IMG/VR virus record: IMGVR_UViG_3300014204_000112
Location: 128,001-192,000 of that record
DNA: 64,000 nt
Direction: 5' to 3' (one strand)
From: a virus
Taxonomy: Duplodnaviria; Caudoviricetes
A program made the position numbers and the translations under genes. Position 1 is the stretch's first letter. Each line of letters starts with the position of its first letter. The notes below the pieces were generated by a model, which saw nothing but the letters and a program-made list of their open reading frames with translations, was not told the origin of the DNA and searched no databases. This document shows, piece after piece, positions 44,834-56,734 of this stretch.

Positions 44834-46696
44834 TTATAATGAAGTTATAGTACATGCATTTCCTGCGCAAGCTAATTCGCCCTTAAGGTCAGTACAATCT
44901 TCCAATTCAATTACTTGCGATAGATCTACCTTCGTTAAATGCGCCATCATTTCTTCGTACGCTTCTATTGTACAATCCTCGAACGGTGGCTGTACGTACG
45001 ATCCACCATCGTATGGAAGGACTGCAAGGCCGTTGTAGAACTTACGGTTTTCCCACATCCATTCTCCAACTTCGTCCCATTCACCATCCCTTACAGACAC
45101 GGTTGCCGAGATGTTGTGAGTGTTCTGTCCAGTCCTGTGACCTGGTTTTATCCAGCTTACGTAGAACTGTTTCACCCTTTCGAGCAATTCAATTGCAGTT
45201 TCGTACCTGAACATGGATCCCTCTGGGGCGCGTTGTGGTACCTTGATGATGGCAGTATCAAGCGGACGGAAAAGATCATTCTCGAGCAATTCTGGGTGAT
45301 GGATCGATAGATGAGTGTAGATAGATTCATTCTTACCTACCCTTATCCTACGGATGTAGTGGTCATTGTGCCATGCATGAATTCCAGAAGAAGTTCCGAG
45401 TACCAAGCTCGAAGTTCCACTTGGTTTGATGGTGGTGCACCTAGCTGCTGAATTGATACCGATAGCCATTGCGACTCGTTCGTTTTCTTTCTTCACCGCG
45501 TCTGCTGCTTCCTTCAGGTTGTACTTCTGTGCTGCTCCCGATCCGATGCCTGTCATTCCTACTCCAATGAGAGCTTCGCGTTCCGTTGTCTTCTGCCAGT
45601 TAGAACGAAGGTAATGGAAGTTGGTGTAACCTGCTTGAAGGGTTCCAATGAAGGATGCTGCTTTTACCCTGCGATTGAGGTCTTCCTGTGACTCTATGTC
45701 AGATGCATTCACCTCACAAAGGTTGCAGAATTGAAAAGGTCTCAGCGAAATTTCGCAGCACGGATTAGTTCCCCAGTCCTTGTCATTGCTGAAATAGATT
45801 CCAGGTTCTCCTGCTCCAGAAGCTTTGATCTTGTTCCAAAGTTCCAAGAAGAATTCCTTCTCGATTTTGTTCCTCAACAGCACAGCAGAGTTGTTAGCTC
45901 TTCCGCGTTGAGGGTTCAGTTCCCACCACATTCCTGACTTACATGAAATCATTTCGTTATCGTCTGCACTGAACAGACTAATAAGAGCAGCCCTACGAAT
46001 TCCGCCTGCGAGAACTGCATCGGCAATGTGACATACAAGATCGTGAACTTCGATAGGTTTCAGCTTCTCGTTATTTTCTTTCTGTGAAAGCAGACCTTCC
46101 ATTTTAAGGAGGCACTCCTTAAGAGGTTGAGGGCCTGGTGCTTTACCTCCGGACGTTACAAGTTTGGCTCCCTTTTGCCGAATGTCCCTGAAATCGAAAT
46201 CGATTGCTGACCCGCCAGTAAAGTAAGATTTGACAAGAACTTTGACTGCGTCCGCCCAACCTTCGATGCTATCGCCAATTAGGAATCTCTTCCTGCGATT
46301 GGGATTTGGCTTCTTTATTTCCGGTAAGTTCTCGACATGATGTTTCTGAACGCTGAATCCAACTCCAGTTCCGCCTAGTAGCAGGAACATAATTTCGCCG
46401 AATGCTCTCCAATCATCGATCGGTAAGTACGCGCAATTGTAAATTCTGTTGGGCGATATTTCGATAGGCTTTCCTCCAAACTGCAACGATCTCATTGACG
46501 GTAGAACCTTTCTTTCGTAAACGAGCTCATAGTTACTTCGGATCTCTTCTTCTAACTCGGGATATTTTTTAATGTGCATGTTCATGTTTCGCGTCACCAG
46601 TTCGTTCCATGTTTCTCGTCTTTGTAGTTCGTTCGAGTACCTTGCGTACTTCATGTAAACGGTGATGTCGCTCAAAATTTGGTTTGATAGTTCCAT
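44834..46696 (-). CDS. nrdJ: class II (adenosylcobalamin-dependent) ribonucleotide reductase
   Basis: PSMRSLQ, YNC, GGIRRAALI, RANNS, TNPCCEISL, KPSGT, C-terminal CAGNAC. Confidence 0.9.
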   Translation of the reverse strand: MELSNQILSDITVYMKYARYSNELQRRETWNELVTRNMNMHIKKYPELEEEIRSNYELVYERKVLPSMRSLQFGGKPIEISPNRIYNCAYLPIDDWRAFGEIMFLLLGGTGVGFSVQKHHVENLPEIKKPNPNRRKRFLIGDSIEGWADAVKVLVKSYFTGGSAIDFDFRDIRQKGAKLVTSGGKAPGPQPLKECLLKMEGLLSQKENNEKLKPIEVHDLVCHIADAVLAGGIRRAALISLFSADDNEMISCKSGMWWELNPQRGRANNSAVLLRNKIEKEFFLELWNKIKASGAGEPGIYFSNDKDWGTNPCCEISLRPFQFCNLCEVNASDIESQEDLNRRVKAASFIGTLQAGYTNFHYLRSNWQKTTEREALIGVGMTGIGSGAAQKYNLKEAADAVKKENERVAMAIGINSAARCTTIKPSGTSSLVLGTSSGIHAWHNDHYIRRIRVGKNESIYTHLSIHHPELLENDLFRPLDTAIIKVPQRAPEGSMFRYETAIELLERVKQFYVSWIKPGHRTGQNTHNISATVSVRDGEWDEVGEWMWENRKFYNGLAVLPYDGGSYVQPPFEDCTIEAYEEMMAHLTKVDLSQVIELEDCTDLKGELACAGNACTITSL

Positions 46697-47015
46697 ACTT
46701 GTTACTGTCGTTTTTTTAAGTTCTTTGTGTCAATTAGTTAAGAAGAAGCCTCTCTAATTTGAATACTTTTGCAATCGGTGCTCTGTTCGACCGGTGATAA
46801 CATGAGCTGGACAGAAGATCACTTTCTGTGATCCTGTCACGTTACGTACTTAAACTCTCTAAACTGGATTTGATCTGGGGATGGCCTCGTATATGAAGCT
46901 GGGGTTATTATTCTGGTTAGATCAATCATGTTAGTAAAAATGGAAAGGTTTCAGTCTTATTTATACTGACGATGCTACCGTTTGGTTTGAAATAAATAAC
47001 AAAAAATCGAAAAAT

Positions 47016-47681
47016 ATGAAGCCGATTACTCAATATTCATTTCATGCTGACCAGTATTTCCAGGAAGAAACTACAAAGAAACAAATTTACCTCCACCACA
47101 CTGCTGGAAACCCTGATCCGTTCGCAACTTTCGACTGGTGGGCAAGCAATTCAGACAGGATCGCCACCTGCATAGTCATTGGTGGAAGGCCTACCTCTTC
47201 TAACAAATGGATCGACGGCCAGATCGTTCAAGGATACTCATCTAAATTCTGGGCATTCCACCTAGGTCTTAAACAAGCAGTGTTCGATTCACAGAACGTT
47301 CCGTATCAAAAACTTGACAAGATCAGCATAGGGGTAGAGACCTGTAATTGGGGACAATTGACATTAGCACCAGATAGATCCTTCAAGAATTACGTCAATC
47401 GTACAGTTCCAGAAAACGAAGTATGCGAGCTCGACAAACCGTTCAAGGGCTTCAAATATTATCATGCATACACGGACGCACAGATCGAGAGCATTTACGA
47501 ACTGCTTATTTTCTGGGGACAGAGGTTCGGAATTCCAGTAGCTTACAATCCTGACATTTGGAACGTTTCAGAAAGAGCATTACGTGGAGAACCTGGAGTC
47601 TACACACACAATTCAGTAAGAACAGATAAGAACGACATGTCTCCTCAGCCTAAGCTAGTCAACATGCTAAAATCACTCTAA
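47016..47681 (+). CDS. N-acetylmuramoyl-L-alanine amidase (Amidase_2)
   Basis: IYLHHTAG, WAFHLG, SIGVE, TH..VR.DK.D. Confidence 0.85.
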   Translation: MKPITQYSFHADQYFQEETTKKQIYLHHTAGNPDPFATFDWWASNSDRIATCIVIGGRPTSSNKWIDGQIVQGYSSKFWAFHLGLKQAVFDSQNVPYQKLDKISIGVETCNWGQLTLAPDRSFKNYVNRTVPENEVCELDKPFKGFKYYHAYTDAQIESIYELLIFWGQRFGIPVAYNPDIWNVSERALRGEPGVYTHNSVRTDKNDMSPQPKLVNMLKSL

Positions 47682-47684
47682 CTT

Positions 47685-48683
47685 ATGTTCAATCCAATCT
47701 CAGATACCTATCGATATTTCGATCAAAAAGTTAAGATGCTGTTCGAAAAGCCAGAACCTTGGGAAACTAATCCTGGACGCGGCGAACCTGATGCTCTACT
47801 TAGAACTGCTAGAGCTTATATCGCTTATAAACAGCCAGTACTAAAGGAAGGAATCTTAAGCTGTTACAAGAAGGAAAGTGACGGACATTATCAAGCTTAT
47901 CGTTGCGCTCCGGATATTGGAGCAGAAGACGTTAGTCGAGATCAAACTACTGGTTCATTAGCCGCCCTATTCATAAATGGAGACAAAACAGAATTCGAAG
48001 AAATCGGTCCAAAGCTAAGATTTCGGCTCAGCAAGCGGTTCTTACAGGGACCCGGAATGTGGTTATGGCTCAGGCAATGGTGGGTAGCTTACGGAATAAT
48101 TGAGTTCTTCTCTATCGTATTCGGAATAATGTGGAATAAGGTTTTGTATCGTTTGCTAGATCGTACTAAAGTTTATTCGGAAGAAGAGTACTTAGCTAAG
48201 GACCCAAATACTGGAGTCTGGTTTAAGGAAAATGGAACATGGAAGTACATAGAGAATGCTTACTGGGCAACCAACGGAAACAAACTGTACTCAGAATACA
48301 AAAAGAAACTCGATGAGAACAAATTTTATAAGTTCTTGGACATGACAGAGTACATGACGTACGGAGCATTCCTAACAGTAATGATGGTCTACTGCATGCC
48401 ACAAAGCATTTTCAGAAGGCTTCTTGTGAAATTGTTAAAATGGAATTTCAAGGGCGAGAACAACTTGCTTCTTAGGGCAATGTTCGATAAGGATGTTACT
48501 AAGGAAGAGATCGATGCATTGAAACCAATGAAGGGATTCAGATGGACCTCCAGGTTCGATAAATCTTCGTACTTCGATTACCTCGAAGGGGACGATGCTA
48601 AGTACAACAACTTAGACAAGGACATTCTTTATGGGATAATGGGATACTCTGCTCCGGAAGCTGTGACTTTGCCTGCGACTTAA
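47685..48683 (+). CDS. hypothetical protein with TM segments
   Basis: 332-aa ORF downstream of the amidase. Confidence 0.6.
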   Translation: MFNPISDTYRYFDQKVKMLFEKPEPWETNPGRGEPDALLRTARAYIAYKQPVLKEGILSCYKKESDGHYQAYRCAPDIGAEDVSRDQTTGSLAALFINGDKTEFEEIGPKLRFRLSKRFLQGPGMWLWLRQWWVAYGIIEFFSIVFGIMWNKVLYRLLDRTKVYSEEEYLAKDPNTGVWFKENGTWKYIENAYWATNGNKLYSEYKKKLDENKFYKFLDMTEYMTYGAFLTVMMVYCMPQSIFRRLLVKLLKWNFKGENNLLLRAMFDKDVTKEEIDALKPMKGFRWTSRFDKSSYFDYLEGDDAKYNNLDKDILYGIMGYSAPEAVTLPAT

Positions 48684-49615
48684 ACTTTTTCGAGATGCTC
48701 GTCCATTGAACTCTTATTGACGATGGCATCGATTGCTGCCGCTAAGGCATGCGCACAACTAATTACTTTTATCTTTGGAGTTTCCACTTGTTCGATGGAA
48801 TCCGTAATGACGAGCTGATCCAAAAATTGGCTCGTCGTTATTTTCTCACGGCCGTTTCCTGACAGAACTCCGTGCGAGATAAGGGCAGTAACCTTTTTAG
48901 CTCCTCCTTCCTTCAGCAGTTCTGCAGCTTTGATCAACGTTCCTCCCGTGTCTACCATGTCGTCGAGAAGAAGAACGTGCTTTCCAGTAACTTCTCCAAT
49001 GAGGTCCATTCTCTCGATCGCATTTGGTCTGGTCCTTAATTTCGACATCATTGCGAATGTGGTATCCGGGAACTTGCGAAGGAATTTCTGGTAGAACCGC
49101 ATGGCTCGCTTCACTCCACCTGCATCAGGCGAACATACACAGTACTCATCGTCCTGCAATTTCTTGCTGAATCGACTGAACGCAACGCTTCCAGGAATCA
49201 TGTTGACCGGTATGTTGAAAAATCCCTGAATCTGTTCGGAGTGAAGATCGATGGAGATCACCTTGGTCGCACCCGCCGCTTCGAATAGTGTAGCCATAAG
49301 CTTTGCACCAATCGCACCCCTAGATCCCTCTTTTCTGTCCTGTCGTGAATACCCAAGGTAAGGCATCACTATGATAATTTCGCTGGCAGAAGCAAGCTTT
49401 GCAGCTTGAATTGTCAGGATCATTGTGAGTATTTTTTCCGGTGAAGTTGTGCTTCCGATTAGGAAGACTTTTTTCTCGCGAACGGTTTCAAGGAACTGAG
49501 GACTAAGTTCTCCATCGGAAAACCTATCCACCTTAAACCGACCAAGCTCGGTACCGAGCTCGTCTGCGATCTTCTGTGCGAGTGAAGATCCATCAACTGA
49601 AAAGATCCTATACAT
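48680..49615 (-). CDS. prs: ribose-phosphate pyrophosphokinase
   Basis: FSDGE, PYLGYSRQDR, DLHSEQIQGFF, SPDAGG, DDMVDTGGT, HGVLSG. Confidence 0.92.
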   Translation of the reverse strand: MYRIFSVDGSSLAQKIADELGTELGRFKVDRFSDGELSPQFLETVREKKVFLIGSTTSPEKILTMILTIQAAKLASASEIIIVMPYLGYSRQDRKEGSRGAIGAKLMATLFEAAGATKVISIDLHSEQIQGFFNIPVNMIPGSVAFSRFSKKLQDDEYCVCSPDAGGVKRAMRFYQKFLRKFPDTTFAMMSKLRTRPNAIERMDLIGEVTGKHVLLLDDMVDTGGTLIKAAELLKEGGAKKVTALISHGVLSGNGREKITTSQFLDQLVITDSIEQVETPKIKVISCAHALAAAIDAIVNKSSMDEHLEKV

Positions 49616-51504
49616 TGTGTATGGTAAATTTTGGCACTAAAACTGTCTTGTTCATCCCGACTGCAACGACCCACATGCTGTAAACTTTGGTGATCTCGAG
49701 GTAAGGCGGTTCATAATCGTCTGGGTACCTCATTGGCCTTCCACCTGGATTGTAGAAGCCTTCTTGCATTCTCTTTTGTCCGATGACGATTCCCGATCCA
49801 AGTCCACGCTGAAACACGAGTTTCCTTAGGGCTGGAGGAAAGTAGATTTCTCCTGGACGACCGACACTTTCTCTTTCTGGAACGATGGTGTACGTATCAC
49901 CGCTATAAAGTTTACGATCCTTGAGATCTTTTTCAGCAATGTAAACTACTTCCTTAAAAGTTTCGAAGAAGTCGATTCTGTCTCCGAACTTAACCGTTGG
50001 TTCTTGTTTCTGTTCCTTCATATATTTTGACTAACTCTGGATTGATATGCACTTCACCTTCTGAACTGTCAACATGCTGTTTGTAAAGAGGGTAGATCTG
50101 ATCGCGAGCGAAGCCTTTAGCTGCGCTACGACAGCTTTCCCATTTTCCGTCAGATGCCGCACTTATGAGAACCTGTTCAAGTTCCCTTGCGAACTGCGCG
50201 TGTAAAAATTCTCCAATGATTGACGTGTTAATCGTAATTAAATGGGCTGAACTCCTGTAAAAATTTCTGTCTTTGCTGAATGCGTCCGCACCTTACCAGC
50301 TCGTCTCCAAGTTTCTTCATAATGTTCCCAGTTCCGGCAACGTCAATGTGAATGACATGACTGTTAGTTCCAGGATAGGTGAAAGTTATCCATGCTTTAT
50401 CGTCTCCGACTACTGTGTTCGGATTTTCGCCGGACGCTCTGTATTTGAAACCGAGTGACTCAGCCATCTTACGAACTTCCGCAATAGTTACCTTATTCTT
50501 CATACTCTGTTTCCCTTTAGAATCATGTAATCACCTCCGCTGAGATTGCCTTCAGTACCGTCATCAACGTGATACGAAATGGTCCATTCGGCTTCCTCGT
50601 ACCTTCTTTTGAGTTCGTCAGCCATCATTTTTTTTCTGATGGACTTCATGTTAGTACGACGTTCTTGATTGATTGGATTGTACTCGAAGTTAGCCGTGCA
50701 AAGGTCTATCCAAACTTCGTTTTTCGTTTTGAACTGCCTTAAAATTTCATCATCGATATGCTTTTCAATGACAGAGACCATTGCCAGTTCTTCTTCTGAC
50801 AATGGTCTCTTATCGATTTTGTTCAATTCACTGTACTTGATTGCCATTCTATTTCATAATTTTCCTTGACCTTGTGCTCTAACCATTTGAATAATAATGA
50901 TTCCAACCGATAGTATTGCTCCGAATCCAGCCATCATGTCTCGTGCTCTTTCCGGCCATTCCGTGAAATCGAAGTTACCGTTCCCAAATGAGAACAGAAC
51001 GTAAAGAAGCAATAGTATTAACAGTATCAGATTTCGGGTTTCTTTTATGAAGTTCATGGTCTTAGTTTTATTGAAAAATCTTGATCATACGTAAATTTTC
51101 CTTCTGGGAATCGAATGGTCGTCAAGCAACCGTGGTAAGTGTCCGACAGGATTGCCGGAGATGAAGTAAGGATATCAAGTTCTTTCAATCCAAGGTTCTT
51201 TTCCTTGTTGAGCTTGCTTATCTGGTAAATTAGCTGGTAAATTTCTTGGACTGAACAGTGCCGTTCAGGAAAAGCTAATAGCCAATGATCAGGAAGCCTG
51301 TTCAATTCTCCGGAAAAAATCTCATCGAACTTATTGATACCCATTCCTCTGATGAAACTGAAAATGGAATGACGAGGTGGGATGTCAATCGAAGCGACCA
51401 CTCGGAGTTTGAATCCGTAGTGGTCGATCGATTCTTGTGACGGGTTAAGGTCCTTAGCCCATTCGTTGAATATGTCTGATATTGAGCGGGCAGTTACCGA
51501 CATC

Positions 51505-52341
51505 TTACAGAGATTTGAAGAGGTCCTCTTTAGTAGGGTATACTTCTGACTCTTTGAATTCTCCGTGACAGGTGGAGTACACCGTGCTGTTCGGGCCGAA
51601 TCTCTGGAAAGCTTCTTTCTGAACTGCTGTGCAAGCTTCGAGGTCGGAGTTCTCGGTGTTTGCCCGGGAAAGGATGCGAGCTGAATGAACTAGGTTGTTT
51701 TTCATGTAGTAAACCAACTGGCCAATCTCGTACCGGTAATCCGGAGCGATGCGTTTCAGGCCGGAAGATTCGACTGAGGTCACGATGACCTGCATGCCCA
51801 TGTTGTAGAGGTCCTTTGCGATTGCTGCGAATTCTTCTTTAGTGCCGATTGCACTGTCCCACAGGGTGGAGAAGATTGCATTGCTCTCGCCGAAGTACGT
51901 CCAACCACCGGCTGCATTCTGTTTCTTGTAAATTTCCAGGCCGTTCGACAGGACTGCAACACGGATGAAACCGTTCTTTGCATTGTAATCCAGTCTTTCT
52001 TCCTCGTTCAGCTGCTGAACTGATTTGGTCGGGGTTCCGGTCGTGCCAGTTGCGACTGCTACGCCTGATGCTCCGGCATTCGCTGGAGGAGTGGTGGTGA
52101 GGTCAGCTTGTTTCACGAACATATACTGACCTTTCGGGCTACGAACTGCGAGGCCTTTTGAAACCAGGGCTTTACAATGAGGACTTGCCCATCCACTGTA
52201 ATCGCTGGAATCGTAGTACGATTTATCCAGGCCATTTTCTTTTTTGAAAGCCTTGCCGATTTCGGTCGGAGACACGTAAACGTTGAGCTGCTTTGCGAGG
52301 TAATCTAATACCCACTGCTGTTTAACTGTCGTTGCGTTCAT
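51505..52341 (-). CDS. hypothetical protein with N-terminal winged-helix-like region
   Basis: SPTEIG...WASPHCKALVSKGL. Confidence 0.5.
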   Translation of the reverse strand: MNATTVKQQWVLDYLAKQLNVYVSPTEIGKAFKKENGLDKSYYDSSDYSGWASPHCKALVSKGLAVRSPKGQYMFVKQADLTTTPPANAGASGVAVATGTTGTPTKSVQQLNEEERLDYNAKNGFIRVAVLSNGLEIYKKQNAAGGWTYFGESNAIFSTLWDSAIGTKEEFAAIAKDLYNMGMQVIVTSVESSGLKRIAPDYRYEIGQLVYYMKNNLVHSARILSRANTENSDLEACTAVQKEAFQRFGPNSTVYSTCHGEFKESEVYPTKEDLFKSL

Positions 52342-52880
52342 ATTGCTTCTTGAAGTTTAGATCCGTTTGGTTTGGTATAAACTACCATTTTTGGTGTCAC
52401 TTGGAACTTTTTTCCGGCAAATAAATCTACGTACTTCTGGCCCATTCCAGGTTTCAAATATCCGATAGTGGAATGTGGATGATAATCAGGGAATGATGTG
52501 GTGTGAGGCATTTTTGTAAGCTCAGCATTCAGTTCATGAAGAACTGAATTGTCCGCGTCCATTTTCAGAACATCGTACTTCTCGTTAGAAAAGATCGATG
52601 CATTTCCCAGATTTATTGGCCCTACTGGTTTTGACTTGCACACCGACATTACTGATTCGTCAGTAACTTCATTGGCGTGCAACCCGAATAACAAAGTAAC
52701 ATGCGGTTCTTTTTCCAAACCGAACGTCGGGTCTTCTGGATCGACGTACACATCGTTTTCGTCTATCTGAGAATGCAGGTCCTGCATTTCAGGAAAGTCG
52801 AAGTAAACCATTGCGCATCCGTACTCGTAAGCTTTTTGTTCGTTAACGAACTGCTCAAAGTTCTTGATTTCAACTGGCAT
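52338..52880 (-). CDS. 2H phosphoesterase (T4 57B/Acb1-like) with N-terminal IKNFEQFVNE motif
   Basis: PHVTL and PHSTI HxT motifs; start moved to MPVEIK. Confidence 0.75.
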   Translation of the reverse strand: MPVEIKNFEQFVNEQKAYEYGCAMVYFDFPEMQDLHSQIDENDVYVDPEDPTFGLEKEPHVTLLFGLHANEVTDESVMSVCKSKPVGPINLGNASIFSNEKYDVLKMDADNSVLHELNAELTKMPHTTSFPDYHPHSTIGYLKPGMGQKYVDLFAGKKFQVTPKMVVYTKPNGSKLQEAI

Positions 52881-54472
52881 TGTTGTTCTTGTTTTTTTCG
52901 AATTCGACGGCTTCGTCCATCGTATCAAAGTATCGAATAGCTTGCTTCGGGTCCTCGCCCGAACAACATTCAACATCACATAAGTAGTCCGCATGCATCT
53001 TGTCAGAAATGATGAGCCCCTCTGCTTTAACTCTCTCACACACTTCGCATGTACAAGTAGTACCATTACGATAGACTCTCTTTCCGATTCGATCTATGAA
53101 CCATTGCTTATGAGCTTTATATTCTTCTTCAAGGGTTTGTAACACAGGCTCTTCCTTTTTTTTTTTTACTTTTTCGGGATAACTGTCCATGAATTCCCGG
53201 GCTTTAGCGAATGCCATGTTATCTGGGAAACAGACGACCTTTCGCTGTCCGCCGTTCTGATGATTGAGCATGTCAATCAAATTCTTAATGTGATCGGTAA
53301 GCTCGTCATTATCCCTGAACACTAAAAGAACAGGTTCCTGGTCCGTGTCGGACACTGTGTTTCCTACTTTAACTTTCATTTTCTTCGACTGGTTTTAATC
53401 TTGGGAAAAGCTTGTAAAATTGTTTCCATGCGGTCTTGCGAACTTTCTTTGACCAGTGTATGCTAGCTCCATTTCCTCCACCACTTCCGTAATTGATGTA
53501 GGACTTGTTGTCCTGTCTCGGATTTTTCGGCATGTAACTCATTAAGCGATACCTCTGGTACTGTTGGTCATGAACACTCTTGATCAATGATCGCATTTTC
53601 TTTACCTGCTGATGAGTTAGCGCTTTTCTTGAAGCGCTAACTCCGTAATTTCCGGTGGGCGCCGTTCATGTACCCTGAAATCGAAATACCCTGACTTACG
53701 CTTTTTCATCGTTTGAATTCTTCTTCTGTTGGTGTAGGTAGGTTCATTGCGGAATAGAGGTCAATGTACCACATGCCGATCTTATACTCAGCATAGTTCA
53801 CGGTTTTGAACTGATCGTAAAGTTTCTTTCCGTCGCGTCTGTAGTAATTGTACTGCAAGTTCTTCCGTACGAACTGACCCTTATTCTCTGGTTCCGTGAA
53901 TTCGATGTACGGTCCGTGATTCCCAACCATCAGGCGAACGAACTTAGGTTCTGCCGCTCGCATGAAAGAATCGTCCTGAACTATTACCGTTGAATCGTCA
54001 TCCGCTAAGCTAATTGAACCGAACTCAATGAAATCATTCTTGATGCGATCGACATAGACTTGGCGAATGAATCGATTGATTTCCCTGATCTCCTCTTTCG
54101 TTTTCAGGTTCTTCAAGTCCCTAACGAATGCTTGGTAAAAACCGGAGTGAACGTACTTCCAAAAAATATCGTACCATTCGAACTTAAGATCTTCAGCAAG
54201 TTTCATTACTTCGATATTTGAGATTCGAGCCTCATGTGAATTTTTACCAGCCTAGAAATGAATTCTTGCTTGGTGAGAACCGTCTTACTAGAATCGGACC
54301 TTCCGATCTCATGAGTAAGACTTGCATCTCCTGCCGTGAAGAGGGCGTGTTGAAATGACTGGTTCTGTGATAGAGAGTCGAAGGCTCGATCAAGTAGTTT
54401 TTGGTAATCTTCCGAATGACGATCGTACGATATTCCTTTCCAGTAAAGGGTCTGAACTGCCGATCAGTCATG

Positions 54473-55744
54473 TTACCGAGCCAATGAATTACTGACTGTA
54501 TCATTCGTGTATTGTGGTTTCAATGTCTGTTTCAATTTGATGAGATCTTCCTTGTACATGTCAAGCGGAAGCCTCTTCTTTATTTTGTTCAGTTCCACTT
54601 TCTTTTCTTCGACTTCCTTTAGCAACTGTTCATATATTTCTTTCGTCAACGAATGGATTGGCATTCCAAGCAAGTAATTGTAAGAACCGTCAACTTCATC
54701 GAAGTTTGCTGTCTCTAAGTAAAGGACAATTGCCTGTTTAGGCGCGTTATTGATCTTCAACTTGCCAATAATGATTTCCTTAACGAACCTTGCTCTGTTA
54801 GAAAGAAAGCTGAGCTCTCTCTCGTACTTATCGATCAAGTATGCCTTGCGCTTGTCATAGAACTTGAGGCGGAAGTTCACGAAGTATTCCACGACTTCTG
54901 GCAAAGTACTGAACTCGATTAACTTTCCGTTCTCGTCCAAGCACGTCAAGTTCTCAGTTTCGGTCTCAATCATCTTGAGAGTTTGATCAAGCTTTCCTTT
55001 AGCTACGAGTTTAGCCAAGTTCGCTCTGTTGAACTTCAGGATGTAATTGATTCCGCTGGAAGAGTTGTCCTCATAGTTGTAGATGATGCCTCTCTCAAGC
55101 AACGAGTTGAGATGTGCTTCGTACTTTTGAAACGTTATGGACGGCGGAAGTTCAGAAACTTCGACTGTAGTGGTGTTCACTACGCGATACCTACCGCGCA
55201 TGATGTACTGGTTCGTGTCGTCGACTTGCTCGACTGGCCCATTGTAAGCGCTCCACCATGGAAGCAATTTTCCAACTTTCTTTCCTTCGAGAACTCTCTG
55301 GCATGCGTCAATGAGATCGATAGGATTACGGTTTAATATGTTAGTAGCAAAGCCGACAGCGATTCCAGAGCTTCCATTCAACAGGACAGTTGGAATGATT
55401 GGTAGGAAGTACTTCGGTTCGATCTCACACCCCTCTTCTATTCTACTCTCTAAGAGGTCGAAATCCTTGTACAGCAATCTGAAATTTTTGGTCGTCTTTG
55501 TAGAAATGTAGCGAGCCGCTCCGGCTTCAGGAGAACGAAGGGATCCGAATTGGCCGATCTCTTCTAGTAACGGAAGAGAATTATTGAAAGATTGCGCCAT
55601 CCCAATGATTGCTCCGTTCAAACTAGAATTGTGAGTAACTAAATTATCTCTAGTTACTATAAAATTATGAAATTCGTCAACTGTGATATCATAGAATTTC
55701 TTAGGTTCAGTTAGCGTACGTATATTAATTGACTTTACTTTCAT
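54473..55744 (-). CDS. C-intein (39 aa) plus C-terminal part of the type II topoisomerase GyrA/gp52-like subunit
   Basis: FYDITV..FHNF...THN|S; AARYI catalytic Tyr, EPKYFLPIIP, GIAVGF. Confidence 0.92.
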   Translation of the reverse strand: MKVKSINIRTLTEPKKFYDITVDEFHNFIVTRDNLVTHNSSLNGAIIGMAQSFNNSLPLLEEIGQFGSLRSPEAGAARYISTKTTKNFRLLYKDFDLLESRIEEGCEIEPKYFLPIIPTVLLNGSSGIAVGFATNILNRNPIDLIDACQRVLEGKKVGKLLPWWSAYNGPVEQVDDTNQYIMRGRYRVVNTTTVEVSELPPSITFQKYEAHLNSLLERGIIYNYEDNSSSGINYILKFNRANLAKLVAKGKLDQTLKMIETETENLTCLDENGKLIEFSTLPEVVEYFVNFRLKFYDKRKAYLIDKYERELSFLSNRARFVKEIIIGKLKINNAPKQAIVLYLETANFDEVDGSYNYLLGMPIHSLTKEIYEQLLKEVEEKKVELNKIKKRLPLDMYKEDLIKLKQTLKPQYTNDTVSNSLAR

Positions 55745-55747
55745 TTT

Positions 55748-56689
55748 TTATTTTATCTTTTTATGAATTTCGGCTCGTAAAGATTCAAATTGTTCGACTA
55801 AATCGAGATCAGTCCAGACTATTTTCACTGAATAGCCATAAGATTCGATCAATTTCATTTTTCTAGTAAATTGTTCAAAATTATCCTTTGCTGTTTGCTT
55901 AGAAATTGGATGAACCCAATTTTGATCAGGAGATTTTGCATGCCATGATACGTGATTATATTCTATTACTAATTTGAGTTTAGGAATAACCAAATCATAA
56001 AAATACGCCCGCTTATTTTGTGAATCACGTATACAAAATTCTCGCATACCATCTAACCCACAGAAAAATTTTATATTAGCTGAATTTAGTATCTCAAGTA
56101 AAGGTTTGAAAAAATTTAAACTTTCCTTTGACGTTCGTGGTAAATGCTGTATTCTATTATCATAGCCAAGTCGATCAATTAATTTATCATGAGCTTTCCA
56201 CCAAGAACGCTTTAGTAAGTCAGGATCAAGTATTAAAGATTTGGCTAAAGTATTTTTCTTTCGTTCTTTGATTTCTGGTAATTTGGAAATATTATCTACG
56301 TTGTATCTTCTAATCATCGTATTTTTTATCTTAGATACGGTAGACGGCACAGCGAACTGATTAGCTACGCCAAATTGATTAACTAACTGACGCTCTATTT
56401 TCTTTTTAGTTTTTGAATTTTTGCAAAAATTATGATACGTTCCTTCGCTTCTTAAAAATGATTGCTTTTTTAATTCAGTAGCGCAATCTTTAGAACAGGT
56501 TTGATTTTGATAGCTATTGAATTCTATTCCACAAATCGGGCATTCTTTAAATCGCCTACATACTTTACATAGTGTACTAAGCATATCGTATTTCTGCAAT
56601 ATCGTAGTTTCTGATAAATTTCCTATCCTATATTCGCAATTACACCGTATACAAACGAATCTAGTCGTTCTGATTTTTTTAATATCCAT
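55748..56689 (-). CDS. free-standing Vsr-like endonuclease between the split-intein halves
   Basis: Zn ribbons, YFYDL, VIEYN...WH, IVW; AT-rich. Confidence 0.75.
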   Translation of the reverse strand: MDIKKIRTTRFVCIRCNCEYRIGNLSETTILQKYDMLSTLCKVCRRFKECPICGIEFNSYQNQTCSKDCATELKKQSFLRSEGTYHNFCKNSKTKKKIERQLVNQFGVANQFAVPSTVSKIKNTMIRRYNVDNISKLPEIKERKKNTLAKSLILDPDLLKRSWWKAHDKLIDRLGYDNRIQHLPRTSKESLNFFKPLLEILNSANIKFFCGLDGMREFCIRDSQNKRAYFYDLVIPKLKLVIEYNHVSWHAKSPDQNWVHPISKQTAKDNFEQFTRKMKLIESYGYSVKIVWTDLDLVEQFESLRAEIHKKIK

Positions 56690-56734
56690 GATAAGTGTAT
56701 CACTATTTAATTTTTATTTATATGCACACTATCA

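Noticed and set aside
46700-46940. Cobalamin riboswitch upstream of nrdJ
   Set aside because: No recognisable B12-box or GGGAA core; the region looks more like a broken small ORF.
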